Shown: positions 38,147 through 49,954 of the stretch, one piece after another
Layout of the letters: each line of letters opens with the position of its first letter
Numbering within the stretch: position 1 is the stretch's first letter
NCBI GenBank assembly: GCA_950097015.1
Contig: CATNEN010000007.1
Coordinates: 10,788,001-10,852,000, forward strand
Reading direction: 5' to 3'
DNA from: Macrostomum hystrix
Lineage: Eukaryota; Animalia; Platyhelminthes
Length of the DNA: 64,000 nt
Notes under the pieces: generated by a model
The model's input: the letters and a program-made list of their open reading frames with translations, nothing else
The model's database searches: none
Told to the model about the DNA's origin: nothing
Program-made: the position numbers and the translations under genes

Positions 38147-40855
38147 ATGTCCGACTGGGTAAAGTGCTCGTCGGCCAGCACCCTGACGCTGCTGGACTCT
38201 GCCGTGTTCGTCAGCGTGTCGGGCTGGCTGGCGGACTGCGCCTACTCGCTGACGTACGAGAACAGGACTGAGGAGTCGCTGAAGGACGTCTGGTTCGTGT
38301 TCCCGGTGGACGACTCGTCGGCGGTCTACCGACTCGAGGCGGAGCTAAATGGACGCACAGTGGAGTGCGAGTGCAGGGAGAAATCGGAGGCGGAGTCGGC
38401 GTACAGGGCCGCGATAGATCAGGGTCGGTCGGCGGCGCTCGCGTCGGAGTCCGATGAGACGTCGGACCTGATGAACTTCTACCTTGGCAACGTGTCGTCA
38501 GGCGGTCAGGTGAAGATCCGCATGCGGTCGCTGGTGTCGCTGGAGGCCCCGGAGCGATGGGTGGCCGCGCTGACTATCCCGAGGGTGCTGGTGCCGAGGT
38601 ACAAGCCGGAGATGAAAGACGGCGACAAGCCGCCGAAGCGTGCAGAGGCCGCAGCGTCAGCAGCCGGGGTGTCGTCGCCGTGGCTGTCGCAGCTGAGACT
38701 CGAGGGTCGCGTCGATAGCAGCTCCGCTCTCCTGCGGAAGCTCCGGTGCAACCAGGGCTCGTTGCGATGGCAACCGGGTCGGGACGAGTTCTCGGTGACG
38801 GATCTCCGGCCCGACTGCGACATCGAGCTGACTGTCGAGTTCGAGCCTCCAGCATGCGGCGCGATGCTCGTGCGAGAGGCCGGAAGCTGCGGAGACAACG
38901 AGCTCTTCCGTCGAGAGGCGGCTGCGCTCACCTGCTTCTTGGACGACTCGCAGCTGCAGATGGCTGGCGACTCGCCCAAGGAGTTCGTCATCGTTGTGGA
39001 CCGCAGCGGCTCCATGGGTGGTAGCAACATTTCGGCGGCGAAGGAGGCGCTGCTGCTGTTCCTGAAGTCGCTGCCGCGATCCTGCCGCTTCAACATCGTC
39101 AGCTTCGGCTCGACCTTTGACAAGCTGTTCTCAACAAGCCAGCCGTACAGTGAGGCCAAGCTGAAGGAGGCTCTTGAGCTGCAGGCGCGGATGAGCGCGG
39201 ACATGGGAGGCACAGAGATCCTGAAGCCTCTGAAGTGGGCGTTTGAGAACCGGTCCAAGGACTGCCAGACTCGACTGATTCTGCTCACGGACGGTGAGGT
39301 GAGCAACGTGGAGCAGGTGAAGGAGCTCGTGCTGAGCAACTGCAGCGACGGTCGCGCCAGTCGAGTGTTTGCCATCGGCATCGGTCACGGAGCGTCCACC
39401 AGTCTGGTGAAGGGCGTCGCTCGAGTCGGTCGCGGTCGAGCCGAATTCGTCCGAGACGGCGACTCCGGTCAGTTGAGACGGTCGGTGATCGGGCTGCTGA
39501 TGGCCGCCCAGCTGCCCTGTGTGGAGAATCTGCAGCTGACTGCGTGCGGTCCCGACGGAGACTCCGTGCTGCTCGGCACCGTGCCGAGCGACCTGACGGC
39601 CGCGTCGCTGACTCATTTGAGCGCCTTCCTACTGCTCTGCCCTGAGGCGTCGAGCAGCAGCGTCACCGTCACCGTCCGGAGCTCGATCGGCGGTCACGAC
39701 ATGACGGTGGTTTGTGAGGCCGCTCCTCCGACTGCAGCCGTGGCTTTGCAGAAGGATGAGGTCACAGATGCGTCAGGTGAGACAGCGGCACCGGAACTCA
39801 CCGCCTTTGCAGGTGAGGCCGTCGGCAGTTCACGAACAGCTGCGCGTCTTGCGGACTCGATGCTGGTGCACCGAGCGGCTGCTCGGCTGCAGCTGAAGGA
39901 GTGGACTGACGAGAATCGGACAGGGCAGCACACTCAGAGCATCGTGGCGCTGAGCGTCGCAACTAACATCGTCACCGCGTGCACCGCTTTCGTCGGCATC
40001 GACCGAGAGTCAGGGTGCCCTGGGCTGATCTGCATGCTCCCTCAAGGCGCTCTTGAGGAGCAGATGGACATTGCAAGCTGTGTGAGTAAATTCCTATCGT
40101 CGTATTGTCCTTGTTGCAATGCACTATGATCGAAAAATTTTCCTGTAAAACTTTCAGGGATTCGCTATGGACGGCATGTACTATATGCCCGGCCCTGCCT
40201 TTTCCGCTCCGAGGGCCAAGGCCGGCCCCAAGTCGTTCTTCAACTTCCGCCTTCCGTCGATGAATTTCTTCGGCCGGAAGTCGAAGAAGGGCGCCAGTAG
40301 TGAGTTCCTGCTGAGCTCCCCGTTTGTGTCCGCTTGCCTGCAGATCTGTCCAGCGCATTGTGCTCCACCCTCTCGCATTTCAGTGAGACGCAGCGAAACC
40401 TCCTGCGGCTCTTCGGTCGCGCCGAGAAACTCGGTGTCGGGCAGCGGCTTCGGTGACGCCGTTCTGAGGATAGCGGCCAGCCAGCAGTTTGACGGTCACT
40501 GGGAGATCGACGACGTGCTGGGCCTTCTGGGCCTGGCCAGGAGTGAGGTGGAGGCGGCTGCACCCGACGGAGTGGTGAGTGGAGTTGCAGCCTCAGTCTC
40601 ACCGCTCTGCCCCTCAGTCCCATTGAACTGACCCACCTGGCTCAACTGTTGCAGCCGCTGGTCGCCTGGTTCACGGCTCTGGTCTGCGCCCACCTGGCGT
40701 CTCACCTGCAGAGCCAGCACGCCGAATGGGAGCTGCTGGTGGACAAGGCCAAGGAGTTCCTGAAGTCCGACTGCAGCTTCGATGTCGACCAGGTGATGGC
40801 GGCAGCGAGGGCGCTGGTCGGGAAGAGCTCGGCTGCTGCCGCTGCCGTGAACTGA
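38147..40855 (+). CDS. VWA5A-like VIT + vWA protein, copy 3 (exons ~38147-40081, 40157-40299, ~40393-40574, 40655-40855)
   Basis: Inverted near-identical paralogue of copy 1 with the same MIDAS and C-terminal motifs. Confidence 0.9.
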
Positions 40856-41569
40856 ATCGCTGGAGTCCGAAGGGAAATTTGCGTTCGTGTCGTCATCGCA
40901 TCGCACTACTTGTAGTAGCGACTTTCGCATTCGTTGTGGCCCTGTGTGACTCGCTTTTTTGTAAGCCCTTGTTCGTGAAGTCGTCTTTATTCGGTCCTCA
41001 GCTATTTATCCTTGTGCATTTAGGTCGCTGATATTCCCCGCACAATATCTTGTCTGTGTCTAACCAAGCAGATCTAAAGGTAAGAAATATACTTTTAGCT
41101 GCAGTGGAACAGGTGCCCTGTTCTCCCATTGTAGGTACTTTTCTGTCGTGGCATTCAAGTGTTTGACCATTGCTGACTGTGCTAGATGTGCTTGATGTGC
41201 TCGATGGAAATTAGAAATTGTTATATGATTACGGGCTACTGGACAAACCGAGTGCCAATGAATAGGAACAGTCAAGCCCCAAAACTGGAGCCTGCGTGCA
41301 CTGATAAGCATGAATGTGATTGGCTGGGACAGAATGCGGGCAGACAGAGCGTAGAGAAAATAAGGGCATGCATATACTGTCAGAGGCATTGCACGGAATC
41401 CGTATTTGCCCGAATCGGCCGTACTTGCAGCGAAATTTGCGAGCGTATGAATACAACAATTTAATAGAATAAACAAGATGTGTACACTCTTGTTTAGTCG
41501 ATTTTATTGATCGTTAGTTTTTAATCGTTAAACTCCGACCACTGATCTTGTTGGCCTGAGACAGCTCAG

Positions 41570-41870
41570 TGTAGATAGAATAGATTGATTACGCCAGTCC
41601 TAATTTGGCCAGATGTGCAGCCGGCAGCTGCGTTTGCGCGGCGCATCTGAAGGCTGCGTACGGCTGTTCAGTCCATGGACTGGGGGACGCCACACCCACC
41701 CTTCATACCCCAGTTGATGCTGGTACTTATTTGACAACTGAGTCAACTGAAGCAATGCAGAGTTAAGTGTCTTGCTAAAGGACACGAATTGTTCCTCTGA
41801 AGTCAAGAATCGAACCCCGACCTTCAAGTCGTGAGACCGACACACTAACCACTTGGCTACAACGAGTGCT
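41570..41870 (-). mobile_element. tRNA-derived SINE with CORE-like domain
   Basis: The - strand has A box TAGCCAAGTGG and B box GGTTCGATTC, then GTGTCCTTTAGCAAGACACTTAACTCTGCATTGCTTCAGT, which resembles the CORE-SINE central domain. The 3' end is approximate. Confidence 0.75.
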
Positions 41871-43684
41871 GAACTTGTAGGCTTGTGACAGCTTGACAAA
41901 TATTGAATGGCTATAACAGTTCGCGAGTTCGCTGGCTTAATCGATCACAACCCTCAGGGGAGGAGATAGGACATCAAATAGAAGAAAAGATAAGGACATT
42001 CGCATCGCAAGCCATCGGACTATCAAGCGCGGCATGGCAAACTTCATTTCACTGCCACCGCCCGAGCCATTCAATCCATCCAGTGATATACAAAATGCCA
42101 TCAAGCAGTGGAGAGCCTGGTCGAACAGATTTGAAGACTTCCTCGCAGCATCTGGCATCTCCGATGAGAAGCAGAAGTGCAAACTGCTTTCCTACACCGG
42201 AGGCAGAGAGCTAGCCGAAATAATCAGAGAGGTCCATCTTGTAGAGGAGGGCGCACGCAATACGCTTGCTGAACTGCTTCTGGCTCTGAACAACTATTTC
42301 GACAGCCGAAAAATATCGTATTTGCCAGGTATCAGTTCAGGCATTGCGTCCAACAGCCTGCAGAAACCATCGACAACTGGTATTCACGCATGAAGGCGTC
42401 GGCAGATGCCTGCGACTACGGCGGACTTCGCAACTCCATCATCCGGGACCAGCTCGTCGCCACCTGCCTATTGGACGCGCTTCGAAGGCGGTTGCTAAGG
42501 GAAGCGGACATATCACTTCGCCGATGCTCTCCAGTGCGCAAGAGCCCACGAAGCCTCAGAACTTCAAGCCGCTGAAATCGAGCATTCGAAAGACTCGGGC
42601 ATTGCAGCAATCAGCAAGCAGGGCATCACGCAAAGCCGACAACAGCCAGTCAGCAACAAGAGTTACAGGGATAGGCCATAGCAGATGTGGCGAACCCGGA
42701 CACAACAACTGTGATGCTGCTAGAAGAAAAGTCTGCAGCAACTGCGGCAGACCCAATCATTTGGCCAAGGCGTGTCGCCGAGGCAACGTGATCCCCGAGC
42801 AACATTTTTACGTTGCCCATGGGTCTCCCGTACGTAACTACATCACCAATTTTCAACATGCATTTTAGTTCCCTTTTTACTTTACTAGTGATTGATAATA
42901 CTGTGCTTTATAGGAAGTATATGCTAAACGAGAATTTCAGCATGTCTTAGTTAGCTTTTTGGGACCTAGAAAAAATAGGTTCCATAGAATACGAAACAGA
43001 TTCGTATAAGAGAACGCGTACAAAAACCAAGACGAAAGAAAATTTAATTTATAGGATATTGCAAGAAAAATAATTAAAGAAATAAATAAAATGGTTTTGG
43101 AAATGTAATTAATAATATTGTGTATAGATTTTTGAATTACAAATTCAGATTTGTTTGTGTTGAAAAAATTTAAACCACTTTTCGTGCGTGTCTCGCAGCG
43201 TCTCAAAATTTTCCGCTTTCCGTTACACCTTTACCATCTGAATTAGAAATAATTAATTCTAATAATTAGAATTATTACTTATTCTCAGCAACACTTGGTG
43301 GTGTAATTCAAATTGTAATAGCAAATAATAGTTACATAAGCTAGTAAAATCCGAAGCACTATTCTTTATGTTAAATCTGTTTTTCTTTACTAGTTTACAT
43401 GCCATGACTACATTTTGGTATTTCTCCATACAATAGGCCTGCAATGTCAATTTTTTATAATGTAATTTATCAATTGGGTAGTTAGTTAGTGTTAGTGATA
43501 ACACTGATAATTGTAACTAGCTAGGTATAATAATAACTGATTTCACAGTTTGCAATACAGTATCACGGTACCACGGTACCGTGAATACAGTGACTTTTAT
43601 TAATAACTAATTTTCTAATTTTCATAAACATCTTTAATTTGTCTCTTCAAGGCTTATACTTATAGAAAACCTAGTCACTGAACA

Positions 43685-45805
43685 ATGCAGTCATTCAAAC
43701 AGCAATCCAAAAGTTTGATGAAAATATGTGTTGTCACAAATTCTAGTAGCAGTGAAGATGACACAATTGATCAGCAAGACATCATCATGGCTGAATACCA
43801 CAATCAAGAAGTTGAATCTAGGCCTAGCCATGATGATCAAGAATCAAATTTACAACCTAGAGAGCAAGATCAGAGTGACAATGGGCCTATAAACTGGGAG
43901 CAAACAGTTAGAAATCTTGAAGAGAGTGACAATGATTCAGTAGGCCTAGCATCTAATATTGATTGTGAAGATGATTCAGATTCAGAAAAAGACTCAAGTG
44001 CTGATGATGACAGTTTTGAACAAGACCTTGATTTAGCTAATAGACTTCGAAGCGTTTTTATTGACCACAATGTTACTCATGCTGCAATCAAAGATATGCT
44101 GAAAGTTTTAAAACCATATCACCCTATGCTGCCAACAGATCCTCGAACTTTGCTTCAGTGTAAAGGCAAATCAAATCTAGTTGATGTCCAACCAGGAAAA
44201 TATCAACATTTTGGTGTTGAAAATGGTATTAGTGAAGTTTTTAAGTTAAAAGAACAAGATAATACTATTTTTAATTTGGATGAAATACACATAATACTTT
44301 GTGTCGATGGATTGCCAATTTTTAATAGTTCTGTCAGTGGTTTTTGGCCTATTGTTGCTGCATTATCTAATATTCCTTCATCTACATTTCTTGTTGGTCT
44401 ATATTATGGCGAGAAAAAGCCCCAGAGTGCTGAAGAATTTCTTCGACCACTTATTGCTGAGTTGCAAGTCCTTGCTTCTGGCAAATTTTTTCTTAGGAAA
44501 AAACGCAAGGTTATTCTAGACTATGTCATATGTGACACTCCAGCTCGTAGATTTGTTAAATGTGTAAAGGCACATAGTGCATTCTTTGGCTGTGACCATT
44601 GTGAACAAAAAGGTACCACTGAATATGTTCAAACCCTGAACAAGGGAAGGGCAGTAGTTTTTCTTGAACTTGATGCTGCTATTCGAACTGATAGTTCATT
44701 TCGTTTGAAGTTGCAACCAGAGCACCACCATGCAGCCTCACCTTTTGAGGATCTAGCTATAGATATGGTCAATGGCTTTCCTTGTGATCCTATGCATTTA
44801 CTTTATCGTGGCATTGGCCCTATGCTTTTAAAGCTTCTGAAAGAAGGACCCAAGCCATTTAAAGTATCCCAAGGAATTATTAGTCAGATAGACAGGTTGT
44901 TATTACACATTCGGCTTTATATCCCTAGTGACTTTTCTCGTAAGCCATCTCTTCTACAGCACTTAGGAATGTGGAAAGCTACTGTTGTCCGCCAGTTTTT
45001 TTTGTACTTGGCGCCTTTCATTTTTAGCTCAACAGTAGAAAATCTAGAATTTCAAAGCCTATTGTTGTCATTTCATGTAATTGTAACTTTGCTTAACATT
45101 AAGGATCTTAGTGGTGAATATATAGCCTACTTGCGTCAGCTTTGTCGCAGCTTCATAACAGGAGGCATCCAATTGTTTGGTTGTCAATTTGCTGTGTACA
45201 ATGTTCATTCATTGTTACACTTGGTTGAGGATGTTCTTGCCCACAATAATATAGATGAAGTCAGCTGCTTCCAGTTTGAAAATTTCATGCGCTTTGTGAA
45301 GCGGCTAGTGCGAACGCCAAATTTGCCACTTCAGCAAGCAGTTGCCAGAGTATTTGAACAAGGTCAATGTTTAGGTCAGTGCAAGCCAACCTCTTCAAAA
45401 CCTGAACTCTCTAAGGAGCATAGCAGCAATGTGCTTCCTATAGATACAAATGTCAGTGATGTGTGCCAATTTAAGTGTTTGAACTTTGGCTTCACTTGCA
45501 TCAGACTAGGGCGCCGTGATAGCTTTATTAGCACTCAAAATGGAAATGTTCTCAAAGTATGCAACATTATTAAAGATGCTCATGGTATCTGGTTGGTTGC
45601 TCAACGGTTTAAAGAAAAGCGCTCTTTTTACAACTGTGTGCTTAGCTCCTCTGACTTAGGAATACTTGGAGTGCGAAATCTGTCAAAAAAACTAACTAAG
45701 GTTAACTTGTCTAATGTATATGCCAAAGTAATGGCCATTCCACTGCATGAAACATTCAATGAATGGATGACCTGCCCACTAAGGCATACTGAAGGTCTAT
45801 TTTAG
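43685..45805 (+). CDS. CACTA/EnSpm-like DDE transposase, 706 aa, uninterrupted
   Basis: Motifs LPTDPRTLL, DGLPIF...FWPI, CDTPAR..VK...H....GCDHC, DPMH, WKAT..RQF, YNVHSLLH and FENF. Codon usage is AT-rich, unlike host genes. Confidence 0.88.
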   Translation: MQSFKQQSKSLMKICVVTNSSSSEDDTIDQQDIIMAEYHNQEVESRPSHDDQESNLQPREQDQSDNGPINWEQTVRNLEESDNDSVGLASNIDCEDDSDSEKDSSADDDSFEQDLDLANRLRSVFIDHNVTHAAIKDMLKVLKPYHPMLPTDPRTLLQCKGKSNLVDVQPGKYQHFGVENGISEVFKLKEQDNTIFNLDEIHIILCVDGLPIFNSSVSGFWPIVAALSNIPSSTFLVGLYYGEKKPQSAEEFLRPLIAELQVLASGKFFLRKKRKVILDYVICDTPARRFVKCVKAHSAFFGCDHCEQKGTTEYVQTLNKGRAVVFLELDAAIRTDSSFRLKLQPEHHHAASPFEDLAIDMVNGFPCDPMHLLYRGIGPMLLKLLKEGPKPFKVSQGIISQIDRLLLHIRLYIPSDFSRKPSLLQHLGMWKATVVRQFFLYLAPFIFSSTVENLEFQSLLLSFHVIVTLLNIKDLSGEYIAYLRQLCRSFITGGIQLFGCQFAVYNVHSLLHLVEDVLAHNNIDEVSCFQFENFMRFVKRLVRTPNLPLQQAVARVFEQGQCLGQCKPTSSKPELSKEHSSNVLPIDTNVSDVCQFKCLNFGFTCIRLGRRDSFISTQNGNVLKVCNIIKDAHGIWLVAQRFKEKRSFYNCVLSSSDLGILGVRNLSKKLTKVNLSNVYAKVMAIPLHETFNEWMTCPLRHTEGLF

Positions 45806-45888
45806 GTGTAAGCATTCCTTGATGTACAAGTTAGATTTTTTAATTATTATCTTGCTTACCCAGGCCCTTAGTATTTTATTTCAGTACA

Positions 45889-48031
45889 ATGAAGCGATTT
45901 GCTCTTGCTGAGTTTGATGATGGCTCAGTTGTGTTGCCACTCACCTGGTTAGCTAATGATAAGCAAACTGCTTTTCTACCTAACAATTTTCATGATGCTC
46001 TAAATGCATCTTTCTTACGTCTTGTGAAAAAAAGTGCCGAAGTAGGCAAGGACTGGCCCTCATTTAATGTCTTAAAAATCCACTTGGAAAACGGTATGTT
46101 AATGTTTAAAATATTGTATTTTTGTTACATTTTATGTTTTTTAAACTATCTAATGTGTCCAATACTTAATTTAGACGACTTAGAGTACCTGCTTTACCGT
46201 CTGCGACGCTCCAAAGACTCTGGGACGTTTTCGGACACAGACACAAGTTCTAAGCGAAAGCGACGATCTGTTGAATATTTTATTGACTCCAACACTACTA
46301 GCACTACACCTAAGCAAGCAAAAAAGTGTCCAACCTTTGTTTGTCCGTCTCCACCTACTGGTTGCTCACTTAAATCAGCTGCTGCATCGTCCTCACATAA
46401 GGAGCAGACTGTTGGTGCTTCTGACCTTCCGCAAGCCTGTGCTACTAATTCTGCCTTTCAACAAGCTGGTGCTGCTTCTCCTGCTCGTCCGCAAGCTAGC
46501 TCTGCTTTTGCTCGTCCGCAAGCTGGTGCTGCTTCTCCTGCTCGTCCGCAAGCTGGTGCTGCTTCTCCTGCTCGTCCGCAAGCTGGTGCTGCTTCTCCTG
46601 CTCGTCCGCAAGCTGGTGCTGCTTCTCCTGCTCGTCCGCAAGCTGGTGCTGCTTCTCCTGCTCGTCCGCAAGCTGGTGCTGCTTCTCCTGCTCGTCCGCA
46701 AGCTGGTGCTGCTTCTCCTGCTCGTCCGCAAGCGAGCTCTGCTTCAGCTCGTCCGCAAGCGAGCTCTGCTTCAGCTCGTCCGCAAGCTAGCTCTGCTTCT
46801 GCTCGTCCGCAAGCTAGCTCTGCTTCAGCTCGTCCGCAAGCTAGCTCTGCTTCTGCTCGTCCGCAAGCTAGCTCTGCTTCAGCTCGTCCACTGGCTGGTG
46901 CTGCTTCTACTGCTCATTCACTAGCTGCCCTATCTGCTCGTCTGGAGCCAGCGGCATCTACTTCAACAGCTCCGTGTCATTGCAAGCATCTTGAAAGTAA
47001 GTCGTTCAGCATTTGTGTCACCACTGACCTTGTATTGCATTTTGATTATTTACAATTTCACTGACTATTATATTACAGAATGGATAGGCCTCCTACTTGA
47101 GCATATACTCGAGCTCAAGACTCTAGTTGCAAGTGGAAGACAGCAAATCGACATCCCAGATTCTCTAACCATGTTGCCCGTCCGAACGCGCAGAGCTTTC
47201 GAGGCTTTCTCACAGTTGCTAGATGAAAAAGAAGACGTCCGTGCCGAATATGTAAGTTGATTGTAAGCAGCTAATTACGCTGCCGCCGATTTCTTTATGT
47301 ACTTAATTAGGCCATTTATATTACCAGATCAAGATCGGAAAAATGTAATAAATATATAATTATACTATTTTTTTGTTTTAGATTCAATACTGCATTGCTA
47401 AGTCTGATATACCGAAGCTGACTGACGCAGTAGTTTTAATGCTGGAGTTCACAGCAAGGCCAGGCGTTCTAAAACATTTCAACATTCAGGGCCGTCGAGG
47501 CAAGGCTAGATTGCCCCAACCAATTGTGGAGTGCCTATCAAGTGAGTTTCTGTAGTGTTGAGGCAACTTTGAAGATATTATGCACTAAAAATATTGATAC
47601 AATTATAACATTAATTTGCAGAGATTATCACTGAGAGAAAGCATTTTAAGCGTCAATTAGGAACTACTACTCCGTCTGCATTTATCGGAGGAATATTGAA
47701 GCGGATGACAAAGAGGGCGGAGCGTCTAGGAGAGACAATAGATGACGATCGTGACAACGAGACGAGAGAAGATGATGAGCGGGGCGACGATACCAACGAT
47801 GAAGAGAAGATGGATGAGGAAGACGGCGGGAGCATGGAGCCGGGCGATGATCGCGACGAGCAAGAAGACCGCGGCAGCGTGGAGTCGGACTATGATGGCG
47901 ACGAGGAAGAAGACCGCGGCAGCATGGAGCCGGACGATGATGGCGACGAGGAAGAAGACCGCGGCAGCGTGGAGCCGGACGATGATGGCGACGAGGGTAA
48001 TGACGACGGCAGTAAGGAGGCCGGACAATAA
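45889..48031 (+). CDS. Transposon accessory gene (ORF2), spliced, with 30-bp coding repeats and an acidic tail
   Basis: Starts 84 bp after the transposase stop, inside the TIRs. N-terminus 'FALAEF...VLPLTW'. Short GT-AG introns near 46094, 46997, 47252 and 47542. Exon structure approximate. Confidence 0.6.
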
Positions 48032-49793
48032 GTAACAGTGAATGACTGATTAGATGAGATATGTACACTCGGGATCAGTCGCTTGTGAGACTTTTGTACC
48101 AAAGAAGTATTTATATCTACCACCGTACAGGGTGTCCGCAACCTGGAAAATCTGGAAAAACCTGGAAAACCCCAAAACAGTAGGAAAAACTGGAAAAAGA
48201 CCAATGTGGGAGTGGAAACCTGGAATTATCATTCGTCCTGGTAGCGGGTAGCTGGTGGCCGCAAGAACATATGCTCTCCAAGAATATTCTATCTTTTCCG
48301 ATCATGTCCCCTTTTAGTTTTCGTCAATTGCTCATTGCTCATTGAAATCGTTTAATCTGAATTTTACCCAATTTGCTATGGAAAAATATAAAGCTCGTAG
48401 TGTTGTAGCATGTGTGAATGAATGAATGAATGAATTAATTGCTTCTGATCTGAATTTGGGAGCTGCGTAGCTCCCGAGCGAGCTGGAAACACTAAATCAA
48501 TAAACATTGTTGCGTACATTCAATTTGTAAAGCTCCTTTAATTTTATAACACTTCTTCGCTGAAATGGAATTTTTACTTTAGATTCATATTTATTGGTAT
48601 TGGCGGAAGCGGTAGCAAATAGGCATGGCTATTCGTATAAATAAAAGTAGCGTGCTTTTTTGGGATGGGGTTGATGATCAGATATTTTGCCTTATTTTAA
48701 TTTGTTCTTTAAGTGCATTTAAAGGCGTACGTGTATTTGTATTGAATTGGTACGGGATTTAGTTGTGCGACACCTTAAAATTAGGCTGTTCGTGGAATTA
48801 GGATGGCGCGCTGCACTGCACGCATGGATTCCTGCATGTCGTGCAAAGACATTCACAATACGTAACAAAATTTCGTCATGGGAACGTTGGGGAGACGAAC
48901 GGGAAAACGGACGTGAAACCAAATGAATTTCCTCCTGGATACGTATCATGGACGTAACAATACGTAAAAATGTTGCTCGGGTGAGAACCTCGCGCTACTC
49001 AAACGTGAACTCTGTGTCCACTGAAGCGACCCAAATCATCTACACCGACGAACCTCCTTCAGAGGAGGTGTTCACGCTGCCGGCTGACAGAATTCAATAC
49101 CCCGAGGATGTAACGGTGAGAGTGATGATCGATGGAGAAACGTTTAACATGATGGTGGATAGTGGAGCGAGCTGCAACATCATGAGCAATAAACCATTCA
49201 GCAAGATCAAGAGAGCGCGACTTCTTGAAAGCGACCGCATCATTAAGGCGTACGGTCCTTCTGCACCTCTCGAAATCCGTGGCATGTCCCACCTGCTTGC
49301 GACGCCAATGTAGTAAAGTCAAGGCCGCGATATTTGCAAGCTGAATGAAATAATAACTCGCCCCAGTCAGACGTTTTGGCATCGATATTTATTGTATTGA
49401 AGTTCGGAGTGCGTGAGCTGTTATTACGTAATATGGGAGGGCCAAAGTGTACATTATTTTGGGGCTCAGGTTTGAACGGCACATTAGAGAGAGTAAGAGA
49501 AGGAGCGTGTCTAGTTCAGTGCATATGGTACATAAACACTGTCCTACACTAAGCTGATGAAATCGTTGCTCAACGCTTTCAGAAGTTAAGTGCGAACCTT
49601 TGCACAGTTACATACTGGGAGTCCAGTAAAACGAGTCAATTGATTGCCTACCTTGGTGATTCTTGGCAGTTGTTGTTGCCTTAGAAAGTTGGTCAATCTG
49701 TAGAGCTAGCTGTTGGACGATTTTGAGGTCCTTTGTCTTCTTTCCTGTATAAAATCGTGTCAGTCAAGTCGAGGATTGAAATTGATGCGTCTC

Positions 49794-49954
49794 CATTGGC
49801 TGATTCTTTTACCCTGAGTTTGGGTGAAGGATCACTGACTGCGCCTTCCCATTGGCTGATTCTTTTACCCTGAGTTTGGGTGAAGGATCACTGAATGCGC
49901 CTTCCCATTGGCTGATTCTTTCACCCTGAGTTTGGGTGAAGGATCACTGAATGC
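49794..49954. repeat. 55-bp tandem repeat x3 (CCATTGGCTGATTCTTTTACCCTGAGTTTGGGTGAAGGATCACTGA...)
   Basis: Three units visible. Confidence 0.9.

Larger units (their letters stand above)
42794..48981 (+). mobile_element. CACTA/EnSpm (CMC)-type DNA transposon, 6188 bp, 20-bp TIRs CCCGAGCAACATTTTTACGT
   Basis: Perfect TIRs at 42794-42813 and 48962-48981, ACGT-core subterminal repeats and two internal genes. Confidence 0.88.
42034..49313 (+). mobile_element. Decayed Ty3/Gypsy-like LTR retrotransposon remnant: frameshifted gag (42034-42793) and aspartic protease (48982-49313), split by a DNA transposon
   Basis: Gag-like 'QWRAWSNRFEDFL' and 'IRDQLV', CCHC knuckle CSNCGRPNHLAKAC, protease 'MVDSGASCN'. 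No RT/IN or LTR pair seen. Confidence 0.8.

Noticed and set aside
41790-41870. tRNA gene (also 6130-6200)
   Set aside because: No convincing acceptor stem, and each continues into a SINE-like body.
48129-48225. MITE-like end CAGGGTGTCCGC followed by CTGGAAAA repeats
   Set aside because: No matching second terminus found in the window.
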